A stretch of 63,059 bases of DNA, the filler included, from Dicyema japonicum (taxonomy: Eukaryota > Animalia > Dicyemida): NCBI GenBank assembly GCA_011109175.1. It is 5 parts of 5 records of this genome, joined end to end, with 100 filler letters (N's around TTAATTAATTAA, not from the genome) between each part and the next. Parts side by side here need not be neighbours in the genome. Positions count along the whole stretch, not along the records: positions 1 to 29,211 come from RDEW01000001.1; positions 29,312 to 56,328 come from RDEW01000049.1; 3 more parts are not named here. One strand, written 5' to 3'. Made by a program: the position numbers and the translations under genes. The notes under the pieces are model-generated. The model had not been told where the DNA came from. It saw nothing but the letters and a program-made list of their open reading frames with translations, and ran no database searches. Numbering within the stretch: position 1 is the first letter of the stretch; each line of letters starts with the position of its first letter. Of this stretch, positions 24,561 to 36,156 are shown in pieces.

Positions 24561-25379
24561 GCTGAGGAAGGACGTGATAAGTAGAAAAAATAAACTTACA
24601 AATATCAAACATCTCTGTTATCTGCGGTATTTAATGTCTCTCATTTCAATAATTCACATTTAGCTTAATTTTGCAATTTAGAGTAATTTTGTTGTTGTGA
24701 GGTATCCGATCAAAATGAGAAATAACCAGACGTTTACCAAAATATTACTTGACGGCACATTCGTTTCGCTCACATCATGTTCTCACGAATACTAGAAATA
24801 GTATAACAGTTATATATTCTATTTCAACTTGCTTATTGTAATTTTACTCCGGTACTTCAAGTTTAATCAAAAATTCGCATGGCAATCACTAATTTTTACC
24901 ACTTTGACTTAAAGCCATACCACATGGTCCATATCATCGATTCGCCTTGAAAATCTTATTGACCTACCCACGGAGGTCCCCAACCTTGTTTTGATATCGT
25001 AAGGTTTGCTTTTCGATTATTTGAGTCTATCTATAAAAATTCCTTATACCTAAAAAAGTCGATTGTGAACAAACAAATAAACGCGCATACAGGCATTCAC
25101 AAACTTGCATATTTATAGATAATCACGGAATCATAGTAATGTGTCAGGTTCCATTAGGGACATAATCCAATAGGGACATTGATTATTATTTTTAGAGTCC
25201 GACAAGGGTTTGGGAGACCAAATTTTCAAAATTCTCCCAAATGAAAAGGTTTGCTAGGCATTATGAATAGGAATAGTTATTTAAGTAACCCTGACCTCAC
25301 TAGCTTGTAGGAGACAACGACTATTCAGTTAGACGTACAATTTCCGATATGGTTCACCTTCACCTGACGAAAATAGGAT

Positions 25380-25530
25380 GGCAGTTTCAATCTGGCAACT
25401 AAAAAACCTAATTACTCCCCATTTCAAACTGTTCAACGACTCAGGGAGATAGGACTGGATTATGGTGGCTATTCAGCGTGAGGGGGAATAGTCATGCGGT
25501 GCGAGCTTCCTCACAAAACCATACAAAATT
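25380..25530 (+). mobile_element. CRE-clade 3' terminal remnant
   Basis: WWLFSVRGNSHAVRASS; nucleotide-level homology to 1400-1480. Confidence 0.55.
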
Positions 25531-26016
25531 ATATTAATTTTAGATAAATTAATTATTAAAAATTGATCGAATTTTTAATGACTAAATTAAAAAAATGTCA
25601 GAAAACTTGATTTAATCACCAATCTTTCATGTATGTCTCATTTGGTAGATGCCAGTATCGATCTGATCTCCAAAAATTTTCATTTTATTCATATTTTTAG
25701 TAGTTTTAGTCAAAAATCTAAAGAACAAATGAATTTTTGACATTAATAACAAAACTAGCTTTAATTATTAAGCAGATTTGATAAAGCCGTTGAAGTTGGC
25801 CGTTATGGTTTGAACCCGTGAAAAATCACATATCGCGTAAAACGTCCTTAATTTTAGAAAGGAATAATTTTCCTGTGGTTTTGACATTGATGATAGTAGC
25901 TAGAAAGGATTGAATAAGGAAATTGTCTTTCGGTCTCCTCAGTTTCATAATTGGTCGTATATGAGCGAGTTTCAAAATAGCTGTTATGTTTTCAGTAATA
26001 TTACGGGAATCTCATC

Positions 26017-26082
26017 AGAGTTGTTCGAGTCTGTTATAAACTGTTCGAGTCTGGATAGAGTTGTTCGAGTCTGTTATAGAAC
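26017..26082. repeat. 20-bp minisatellite, 3 copies
   Basis: TGTTCGAGTCTG recurs at 26022, 26042 and 26062. Confidence 0.8.
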
Positions 26083-27039
26083 TTTTCTAGGTTATTTGAG
26101 GTAAAATATGAAACTAATTGGTAGATTCTGCAGTTGGCACGTTTATGTTTGAACTGGCAAAAAACCTCCTCTGAATGAAACTTTCCTTTTCGAACATCAA
26201 AATATGGTTGTAGTCGCTTCTTCAATCATAAGTGACTGACCAATATTTTATTGTACTCAGAGAAGAAGAGACATCCAGGGAAGATAGTCGGTAACCCAAT
26301 GGGGGGTTATTGTGTTTTGATAGATCTCATGATCGAAAATGGCGATGTCTGAAATAGCAGTAGTTCCCTTTTGGATCGGAAGGTTGACTTGATAGCAGAA
26401 GTGGGTGCCAAGTATTCATATCTCATAGATGAGAACTTCTTCCCAGATAGACAGGGCAGATAGGTAGGTCATAAAAAAAGTCTTCAGACATAAGCCGAGT
26501 TAGGGGACGTATATGTTGAAAAGAAATTTTTCCTTCTGAAATTGCAAATGACGTCCAAATAATATCTGTAGCATTGTCATCCCCAAAGTTCTCATCTACG
26601 AAGAGATGTCCAAACATTTAATGTAGTTCCGGTATGTAGTTAGGAATCCACCTCCCCGTATCTTCGTTCAGTCGGTATATATTTGTATCCATGTAATGTA
26701 GGAGTAGTGAACTTGGTCTATAAATAAGTGCAACATCTATGCTGATAATTTCAAGCTATATTTGCTTATTCATCCAACTGAGCGAATAAAGGTGTATCAT
26801 CATCCTATTAATAATTACTGTTAATACTGGAATATTTGAACAATAAAAATAAAAACCCACAACAGAGTAATTTTACAGACGCAAAATTAAAAAAAAGCAG
26901 TTTTATTGAAAAATGTAAAATAAATTAAAATAATTTAAAGTAATTAAATGACGAGAATTTTTAAATTAAAATTATATATGAATTTTTAGTGGCGTCATAA
27001 TATTCACCTTACTCAGGAAAGCCCAATGCCTGGATGCTA

Positions 27040-27240
27040 TTCAAAAGGATCCATCTCTTCATTCCTACTGGAGACAATTTCAATCCCAGGCGACTAGTTC
27101 TGCCATTGACCTCGGCTACCCGGACAATGTCATCTGGATCACTTGGTTTAGATCAAGGTTCTACTGGAACGCGTCAGGATAACGGGATTCGTTGTTTGGT
27201 TTTGCCATTGGTCTTTGGAATCATTTCATTCACATCAATT
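27040..27240 (-). mobile_element. Possible BEL/Pao integrase C-terminal (DUF5641-like) remnant
   Basis: IPLS*RVPVEP*SKPSDPDDIVRVAEVNGRTSRLGLKLSPV resembles WPLGR.....PG.DG.VR...V......RP..KL.PL. Confidence 0.35.
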
Positions 27241-27334
27241 GACGTACTCGACAAAAATCGAAATGAACTCAACAAAATACTGAAATACACATCAGTTATG
27301 TTCTTCAAAGGAAATTAGAAGGTCCTTTTTTCCC

Positions 27335-27900
27335 TTCACGAAAACCAAGACGTTTCTCTCTCAGGATAACTATTACTTTAAGGGAGGTCGAAAATACTAT
27401 TAGAAACTAAAAGTTAACTACGCCTGGGTACAGGAGGAATACCAATGATCATTCGTGAGAATTGGGTAACTTAACTCTCATGGCTTTAGACTGATACAAA
27501 TCAGAACTCAATCCAACCATCTGGAAGTCATCCGGAAGCCTGATGGACAATTAATACCTTTCTCTTACAGACACATATCTCCCCTCTCCTCAAAAATGAA
27601 AATTTTAGAGAAACTAATTCTCATTATGATCCCCGATATCTCCTCATGGCTCACTACCAACATGGATTCAAGAAGGGTCTCTCAACGACACCCCACCTCA
27701 TAACCCTAACAGGATTCATTTCGGAGGACCTATAATGCAAAACGTGACATCAATGGCATACATTCAATTTCAACAAAAATGCTCACAAGGTTGCTCTTTG
27801 GCTAAGATATTCCAGGCAAATTGAATAGGATGGACTTAAACTTTCTCAACGGACAGAGGAAGAGTCTTTCGGAAAGTTCCAAGTCTGCCTCGAACCTAAT
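27335..27900 (+). mobile_element. Ingi/I-like LINE RT fragment
   Basis: PGYRRNTN, TYLPSPQKxKFxRN, QHGFKKG..TTPHL, NKNAHKV; same family as 5594-8740. Confidence 0.55.
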
Positions 27901-29211
27901 AAGCGACGTGTCAAGAAATGTGTCGACAAATTTAATAAATACAAGTGCAGAAAAATCTTGCAAATGGTCTTCATCTCAAATAAGAGATTGACTAACTATG
28001 CTTCAGATTGGTTTTGAAGTAAAAAGTCACGTTTGGTCTCTTCAAGGCTTTTAGACAAGTCTAATGTGTTGTCTTATTTTGAAAAAGTACAACCTCATAA
28101 AGGTGCTTTTTGAAAAATCAGGTTCTTTTTCTCCTTGACGTTAAGTTCCTTATATCCCCAGTATATTGAGCCAATCATCAGCTACGGTTTTGACCTGAGG
28201 TAAAAATCTAGCATAAACCAACTTAAAGGATTCAAAGACTTCACATCCTCAGTAATTGAAGCTCTTAAAGACTTTCGTTTTTTCGGTAGACTTTCGTAAG
28301 TTCACCTCACATAAATCCCTGGAAGCATCACGTGTCAACTTGAGGTGCTTAGGATATGGGAGAAGATTAAATAGTTAGTGAGATAGGCTAAGATCACATA
28401 AAGATTGTATTTTTGTTTTTCCCAAAAAGCGGCATAGCATTAGATTTCTCTTAAGAAAGTATGAAACCTTGAAGACTAGAATCCTCTTATCTTTCGATAT
28501 ACTCCTAATCGATCCAGATATATTGGAAAGTAGTACATATATAAATGATCTTATATTTGGTGACATCAGTAACAAAAAACCGGTCATTGATACATTAAAC
28601 AATATTGAACTGAAAAGTACTCTTCTCTCAGTACTATCGTATTTGAAAGGTAGCAGCTGTTCCTTTCTTGCAAATATCCTTTTATTTTCCTAATTATTTC
28701 TTCTAGACTTCCTGTCCAAAATTGCCGACAAATCACGTTCACGTGGATTACACTATCAAATAGCATTGAGATGTCAAGACATTGACTATCTGGCCTTGGC
28801 TAACTTGAAGTTAAGACCAAATAAGCAATCATTGACTTGGGCAAAAACAAATTTATCTTTTCTGAAATAAGTGCTTTTTCTCGCATATTTGAGTTTTCCG
28901 AAAGCAATTTGTTCCATAAGAGACAATGAGCATCTTTAGTTTTTCATTGAACATATGACCTTTTTAAACATCCTGGTTCTGATGTAGTCATTGCTCGGTG
29001 TTTTATTCTCCATAGCTTTCAGGCCATCTTCACTTCTGCTCGAGAGATTTCCATACTAGTCGTTTGTACGATTCATTCCAAGGTCTCTCGTGATATCATA
29101 TTCATCATCCACTTCAACTATCTTTAGTTTTTCCTCAAAAACGAGAAGCACCTTTTTTCCGGTTAATAATAATAACCTCCTTCTGATTTTTTGACCATAG
29201 TCATCATAGCG

Positions 29212-29311
29212 NNNNNNNNNNNNNNNNNNNNNNNNNNNNNNNNNNNNNNNNNNNNTTAATTAATTAANNNNNNNNNNNNNNNNNNNNNNNNNNNNNNNNN
29301 NNNNNNNNNNN
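29212..29311. other. Artificial scaffold spacer (44 N + TTAATTAATTAA + 44 N)
   Basis: Identical 100-nt construct at four places; the palindromic 12-mer puts stops in all six frames. Confidence 0.97.
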
Positions 29312-31560
29312 GTCATGTGGTCTACCAGTTATGAAAGTTCTGGAGGCGCTCAGGGTGCTCTTAATGCGCCGCGGAAAAGGACCATTAACTACTTCCCATC
29401 CGAAGAAAGACTCTTCGGACGACGGCCTCAGCCCTTTTTTAATCTCCCTCGGCTAAATGGGTTTCTGATAATTTTCGCCGGTGACATTGAACTTAATCCT
29501 GGCCCTCCACTCTCAATTCTGCAACATCAACGGAATCAAAAGCAAAATTCTCAAACTACGGTATTTCTTTAAAGAACAGAACATTGACCTGATTTTACTT
29601 CAAGAAAGCATACTTAATCCATCATCCAACTCACCTCTCTGACAATCCTCAACAAGCCCAGGAAGCACACTAGGACTCCTTACAAGGAAAACGAAGCATC
29701 AACGTCCTCAAACATTACTTTCTGTCCCCCAAACCTAGCACCGGATACTTCTAGGACAATGCATTATGGATTATCTTCCGACCACAATCCAATCATTATT
29801 CGAATCAATAAAGTTCTTGACCACAGAAAAGAGACTGTTTCATTTTTCAACTATAAAAAGTGACTATTCAAAATACATCGATCAAGCTCTACTAAACTTT
29901 GACATGAGTTTATTCTCCTCAATAGATGATGCTATTGACTTTTTGAACAAAATTATTCTCATGTCGTACTTTCCTTTCACGAACAAAAAAATCAAACAAA
30001 AACTCTCAATGACGAAATATCAAATAAGATTAGAAAAACTGAAACCAAAAAATGGGACAAACTAGTATCTTTCCTTCCATTTAAGAAAAAAATATGGAGA
30101 GAAATTAAAGAATTTGGCCCAAAATGAAATTATCTCACATTTAAATGTAAGACCGAAGAGACTCAATAAGACCGAATAGAACACAGTCGATTAACAATAT
30201 TCCACATTCAGATGTCAGTGAGGGTTTGAAGAATATGAATTATTCTTTCTCACGTGGGCCTGATTCTATCACTGGTATTTTACTTAAACACCTTGGACCT
30301 ATTGGGATGATACAATAACAGTGATTTTCAACTATTAATAAATATGAATACAATTACAACTATCCGGAAAATGTCCTATATACGCCCAATCCTTAAGCCT
30401 GGGAAGCCTAAGGATAATCCTGCATCATTTCGACCAATCTCTTTACTATGCACTCAAAATTATTGGAAAAACTAATTCTTAATCTTATAACCTGCCTCTT
30501 CTTTTTTCATTCTCACAACATGGATTCAGAAGGGGTTATTCGACTTCTACCCGCCTAACATCCCTCAAACAATTTATCATGAAAGGCTTTAACACAACTC
30601 CTCGCGACCTCAAAACAGTCATTTGCTCGATCGTTTTACAAAAGTCTCTGTCTCAAGGAAAATCCTAATTCGGAAATTGTTTGCCATCCCCGTCAACCCA
30701 CATATAAAACTTCCGTTTGCTAACTTCATCAATGAAAGAAGGGCCCGGGTATACATGGATGGGACCAAATCAGTTTCAAGATACTATCCAATGGTGTCCC
30801 ACAAGGTTCCTCTTTATTACCCGCCTTAGTTAACTTATGCATGTCCGATTTACAACAAACCAATAATAAAGAAGATTTCCTCCTATCTTTTGTTGTTGAC
30901 CTATTAATCTATCCCGCGATCAAGATTTTCTAAAGGCGTCAGAAAAACTAAAAGACTACCTTCACAAGATTCAAATTTGGCTAAATTATAATCGGCTTGA
31001 TATATCTACTAAAAAATCGTCTTCGTCCTTATTTACCTTCCAGACGAAATCTTGAGGATCACCTTCGACACATACTTGTCCTTTTCATCTCACGTCGACG
31101 ACATCTCTGGTAGCTGCTCAAGAAAGCTAGGGATAATCAAAACCATTTTCAGTGGCATTAAAATTCCTTTTCCGGCTTTGAAATTGTTGTACAAACAATT
31201 CGTTAAGCCATCTGTCAGCTATGCCTGTGCGTCACGGGGAATCAATCTGTCCTGGACGAACAAACAAAGAATCCTCGAGATTCAGGCCTCAACAGCCACT
31301 ACTATTAGTAATCTCGGGAAACTAGAAAAACTAATACCCTCATCACTTGAAGACCTTATCCGACAATATGGAAAGGGATTTTCTACCCTGTGCAAACAGT
31401 GCAACTCTCAACAATACACAGCCATGTCGTGTCTTATGAGAAAGGTATTCATCACCCCTCTCCAATTCCTATTTCCGATACACCCCACATAGAAGTTGTG
31501 TTGGATCCCAGAAGGCGCACGAGGAGAAAATGAGAAGGCCTTCGAGATAAATAATTAATT
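29312..31560 (+). mobile_element. Ingi/I-like LINE with an intact 2A-like motif, APE and RT, decayed
   Basis: ATG 29315, FLIIFAGDIELNPGP, NGIKSKI, LILLQES, SDHNPI, FRPISLL, QHGFRRG, YKQFVKPSVSYA. Confidence 0.85.
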
Positions 31561-31619
31561 TAGTAATTAAATTAACTATTAGTGCTTTTGGGTGAATAAT
31601 AAATAGAGTCTCTTTAAGG

Positions 31620-32445
31620 TTCATTTTTTCATGGTTCATAAATTGACATGTTTTTTTTCCAACAATCCAGTAAAATTCTCCGATTTGTGTATATTAAAGT
31701 GCACTTTGAATGTTTTAATAATTCCCAAATCCATTGGATGAATTATTCCTGTAGCATTTTTATGAACTTTTGGAACTGTAGTACGAAACAGAACACAGAT
31801 AATAATATTTTTGAAACATCTTGGCATTTTTGATTTTTCAATCAATAAAGGATTTAATTTATGATTTCCAGACATTGCATAACATCACAGATGCTCTATC
31901 TTTGAAGTTTTTGTTTCCTCAGAACGAAGTCTTGCAGATTCTTCTGGATGGAATAAGCATGTAAAAATCCCAGTTTCATCCTATAAATCTGATCGCAGGT
32001 ATATGACTTTGAAACTTCTTGAAATTCTTTGAGAAACCCTTCAATATCGACACGTTTCTCAGTGCATATTTGTCCATGTAATTCCCTCATCCATGCCCTT
32101 TCTTGAATTTTGATAAAAATCCATAAGTTCTCAACAATACACAGCCATGTCTACCTTCGGCAAATGTTCACTTTAAACAAAAAGGAAAATTTATCGGCAG
32201 TTCTTTGGCATGATAATAAGTTGTTGCCGCCCTTATAACGCAATATTTGCATTTTTTGTTCTATAGTGAGTCTTGTATATCGACCACCAGAATCACAACG
32301 AGGCATGCTACTTGAATAAAGTTTTATTGTTTTAATTTTCAGTAATTTTTTAAAAATTTCTGGAAAATTTTGGAATTGACAAATTTCCACTATAATTAGA
32401 ATATTTCTTTAAACTGGCAAATCTGAGACTTGGCAAAATTACTGT
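31620..32445 (-). mobile_element. pogo/Tigger DNA transposon remnant
   Basis: HTH LTIEQKMQIL, DQIY..DETG-like region, KNATGIIHPMDLGIIKTFKVHF; begins TA-CAGTAA on the minus strand near 32440. Confidence 0.75.
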
Positions 32446-32479
32446 ATGTAGTTTACTCCGTTTTAGTGACTCAGGGACA

Positions 32480-32800
32480 CGACCATGCCTGTCCTGTCAA
32501 CGTGTTGGATTGGGGAGGTATAAATGAAGCTTGATTGTTCACAAAGTGAGATTCTTTAATTCTTTGTAACCTTAAGTCGTCGAAGAAACCTGATGGGATC
32601 ACCCTTTTCCATCCTCACAGGAAGATCTTTCATGTTGCTTCATCCACTGCTTAGATCTTGATATTGGCACTGATAGCTCATCTTGGTGACTCTTCGGAAG
32701 GAAGGAATCTGAAGAAACACTGAACCTTTAGAGATAGATTCTGCATTGTCCTAGTCGTATTTGAAACCGTTGGAGCGGTTGGGAAATGGTAAAGGAGTCG
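32480..32800 (+). mobile_element. CRE-clade 3' fragment
   Basis: HACPVNVLDWG, KKPDGITLF...GRS, FETVGAVG. Confidence 0.6.
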
Positions 32801-32840
32801 CCAATTGAGATTCTACAGAACTGAGACAGTTCTACAGCAC

Positions 32841-33228
32841 CTGGGGACAGTTGTTAAGTGAGGTATGTCCATTTGAACTTTGGGAGATACTTCATAGCCT
32901 AAAAGTCACTATTCCTACAAAATACACCCAAACTCACGACCACTTGTACTTTTTCTTTCCTTGAACAGGCAAATTGTTTATGTCCCTCACAACTTGGCGG
33001 GCAAACCTTTTGTCCATGAACTAACCCAGCTTTCATCGTAATAGCGGGTTTTCCAGGCCTTATTGTGAGAGATTTAGATTAAGTAGTACCTTTTGGGTGA
33101 AGATAAATCCTTCCCAATTCTCCGTATTGACACAAAGCATTACGAAGGTCCACCACTCGCATTCCCGTTGGGATTGAAAAGAAATAAATCACTCCAGATT
33201 TCTTTGCATTTTCTTCCAATAGATCCAT
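32841..33228 (-). pseudogene. ABT1: ABT1/ESF2 (pre-rRNA processing RRM protein) pseudogene with micro-introns
   Basis: KKSGVIYFFSIPTGMRVVDLRNALCQYGELGRIYLHP, YDESWV[EF]MDKRFARQV, GKKK, KYLPKFKWTYLT*QL. One 1-nt deletion, two in-frame stops, 23- and ~31-nt GT-AG introns. Confidence 0.8.
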
Positions 33229-33314
33229 GTGAGCCAAACAAAACCCACAAGGAAAACGAGTTAATTATTATTACCAAGAACGTTGAAGCATGATTGTTAT
33301 ATAAACGAGTTAAA

Positions 33315-36090
33315 CTTTTTTTTTATACAAAAAATTTTTTTAACAATTAAACAAATGTCAGTTTAGGAAGCCTGGATTGCGAACGAGTTCCCTCCGAGTA
33401 TGGCTATTTCAATCTTTTGTCTTAGCCATAACCCTTCTCGTTGATCCCTTTTCTTTCTGGCAAGCAATCCTCCGAGTTTTCGCAAGAACTCAGCCGTCAT
33501 TGGACCTAACGGATCCCGATGATTCAATCGCAACAGGAGTAAATCGGTAGCGATCCCCGAGGCAAGAATATTTCTTGATTTTTAGGTTCTCCGCAGTCGA
33601 AGCAGCTGCTCCAGGTGTCTGAACCGATTTAAAAATGTTCGTGCTTGAGAACGTGTCTATGCAAGTTGCGTGCCAGACCAAAGATCTTCCAGACGTGAAG
33701 GGGAAAAGGGTCATCCCGTCAGGTCTCTTCCCATCTCCTCGATCAAGACCCACTGGTTCAAGCTGTGCTGGGAAGCCTGAAGCCTTCAGAGCTCTGACGA
33801 TCACATCATTCAGAGCAGCATGACGTGGTCCCCTTCCGGCGCTTCTTCTGCAGGACAGCGGGTGCAATCCTTTCACATCGACTGTTTTCCCGCATCGGCA
33901 TCGGTGCTCCTGGCAAACGTCTAGTCCCAGCCTTTGTCCGATTCCAATCCTCAAAGAATCGTCGTCCAAAAAGGTCCCGAGGTTTGGGCAAGGTATTGCA
34001 CCAAGCCATGCTCCACTCCCTCGACTTGAAGCTGACACCAAACAAGCCAGACGATGTTGATTTGCTTCTTTCTTAAGGTCCTTCAAAATTTTGGAGCAGA
34101 CAATGTCATCCCAATTTCTTTGCTTCGTTGTGTCTTCTGGGATTTTGAGTCCGGACCCGTTCCATTTCCGACAAGCTTCGTCAAATGACTCATTCCAGCA
34201 AAGTCCAATTGTGTTATGAAGGACTTGCCGTGTCAAATGACTGCAGCTTGAGAGAGATGATAGGTATGCCGGGTACGCAACCTCCAGCGCCGATCTCATT
34301 CCGACACCCCCAAATCCAGAGGGAAGCTTGCATTGTTTCCAACCAAGTTCGTCGAAGCGGACGTTAATTATTGACTCGACTGTTTGCTTGAGAGACTTGT
34401 CCATTGAAAGTAGAATGTCATATTGTTCGTAGCAGGGTGAACATCGGAGTAGATATAAAAGCTTGGGTAGTCCGATGTTGTTTCTCATCAGAAAGAAAGA
34501 TGTGTGAGAGTCGAGACATGACAATCTTTTCGCAAGGCGTGTTAATTCTTCATTTTTGGAAAGTAGATGGTTCTTGAGTTCTTCTTCGCTGAGTGGGCAA
34601 CCGAGGAAATATAATTTATCAACTGGCACAGTCGGGATCCCAGGAAGCAGTTCGTTAAAAGACTCCATGATAGAGAGGAAGTCGGTGTATGGATATGAGA
34701 CATTTATTAGCTCTGATTTGTTAACATTGATGTCCAAGCCCAAATGTTTTAAAGCGGGTAACGCTTTACGTAATGAATTGTATGTTTCTTTGAACGATCC
34801 TCCAATTGTGGCATCATCGAGGTACCAGAGATTTAGCTGAGCATCAATTGAACTCACAACCTCATCAATGGTCAAGGCAAATAAGAGAGGTCCGAGCGGA
34901 TCTCCTTGTTGGACACCCGTTTTTGATTTAATAATTTCATTTTCAAAAACCAAAGACGTATCTTCCCCATAGGATAGATTGACAAGAGGGAAAAGCTTTG
35001 GAGCCCTCTTCCAACACGTTTTCATAATTTCGTCTCTTCTGAGAGAATTAAAGGCATTCGTTATGTCAACTTGATTCCAAAGCATCCATTTGAAATATTT
35101 TTTCTGTGTGAAGAAACGCCTTGCTACATGAACCGCAACCTCACATCCGTTCTGGATACCCATTTGTTTAGGAAAGAACTCCTCTCCGAGTTGTCGACTC
35201 ACCATGGTCGATGCTACTTTTGCTGCAAGTCTTCTAAAATAGTTCCCGACCGCAATGGAGCGGATTCCTCCGTTGGGTTTTTTGAAAGCAAGTAGCCTTG
35301 CGGAGAAAAGCAATTCTCTGGCAAATTTTGGGATGTCGCCGTTAACCATTTTTCTGATTAGGTCCGTAATTGATTTGACAAGACAGCGTCCAGCTTCCGA
35401 GGTGTAAGTGGACGTAAGGTCCTTAATATGGCCAGGACGTAACTCTTCCAAGTTTCCACCGCTGCTAGCCGCGAAGGAAGTTATTCCGTGGCGCACTTCG
35501 GATTCGGTAATGATGATCTCCTGGGTTCCTTCAGGATTCAAAAACTTTTCATAGTCAGTCGGTGCATCTGGATGCTTTAGTATTAAGGTATTTGAGACCT
35601 CGGGAGTACAAGACAATACTGTGTCATCGGATGTGATAACCCGCAAGGCTGCCCGCACGTCGCCTTCCAGAAGTTTCCGGTTTACTCTCTCCTTTAGTTT
35701 GTTGGGGGCATCTTTGATGAATGCTCCTCTGGTTTCGACCTCATTAACATTAAGTGGATGTTCAAGTATTGCGTGTATGTTATGACAGCTAAAATTCATT
35801 ATGTTTCGTTTCAGTTTCCCGGATAAGTTGAGTCGGGAGTTTGTTTCTTTATTATTGTCCTCAGATTCCTTTGTAGGTATTCCGAGTGCGACAGGTGCAA
35901 AGCATATAAGTTTTAGCCAGGATTCCCAACTGTCAGAGGATAGTGCGTGATCAATGGCATCTGAAAGACACGTTGCTGCGGCAATTCGTACTCCTTTAGG
36001 GATTTTTACTGGAATCTTCATGGCTTTCCTGAGGTTCGAGATCTTCAAGAGAGTATGGTCTTTATTTTTATTTATTTTTAACAAAAAAAA
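33315..36090 (-). mobile_element. CRE-clade RLE non-LTR retrotransposon, youngest copy: 864-aa ORF plus one C-terminal frameshift, A-rich 3' end
   Basis: KPNGGIRSIAVG, DITNAFNS, GVQQGDPLGPLLF, WYLDDATI, CRCG...HPLSC zinc knuckle, RH, KRPDG. Removing 1 nt near 33507 restores GPMTAEFLRKLG...GNSFAIQAS* (33363). Confidence 0.92.
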
Positions 36091-36156
36091 TAAATATTTT
36101 ATTTTAAATTTATTTTTATCTTGGAATTATTATTTTAAATTAATTTTAAGGTTAGT

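Noticed and set aside
29256-29267. Palindrome TTAATTAATTAA repeated at 29256, 56373, 57987 and 59427
   Set aside because: Always centred in exactly 44+44 N; a six-frame-stop linker added when scaffolds were joined. Adjacency across these points has no biological meaning.
29330-29400. TAATGCGCC twister-like motif in the LINE leader
   Set aside because: The P4 GU-CCC-AAGC element and P1 hairpin are absent.
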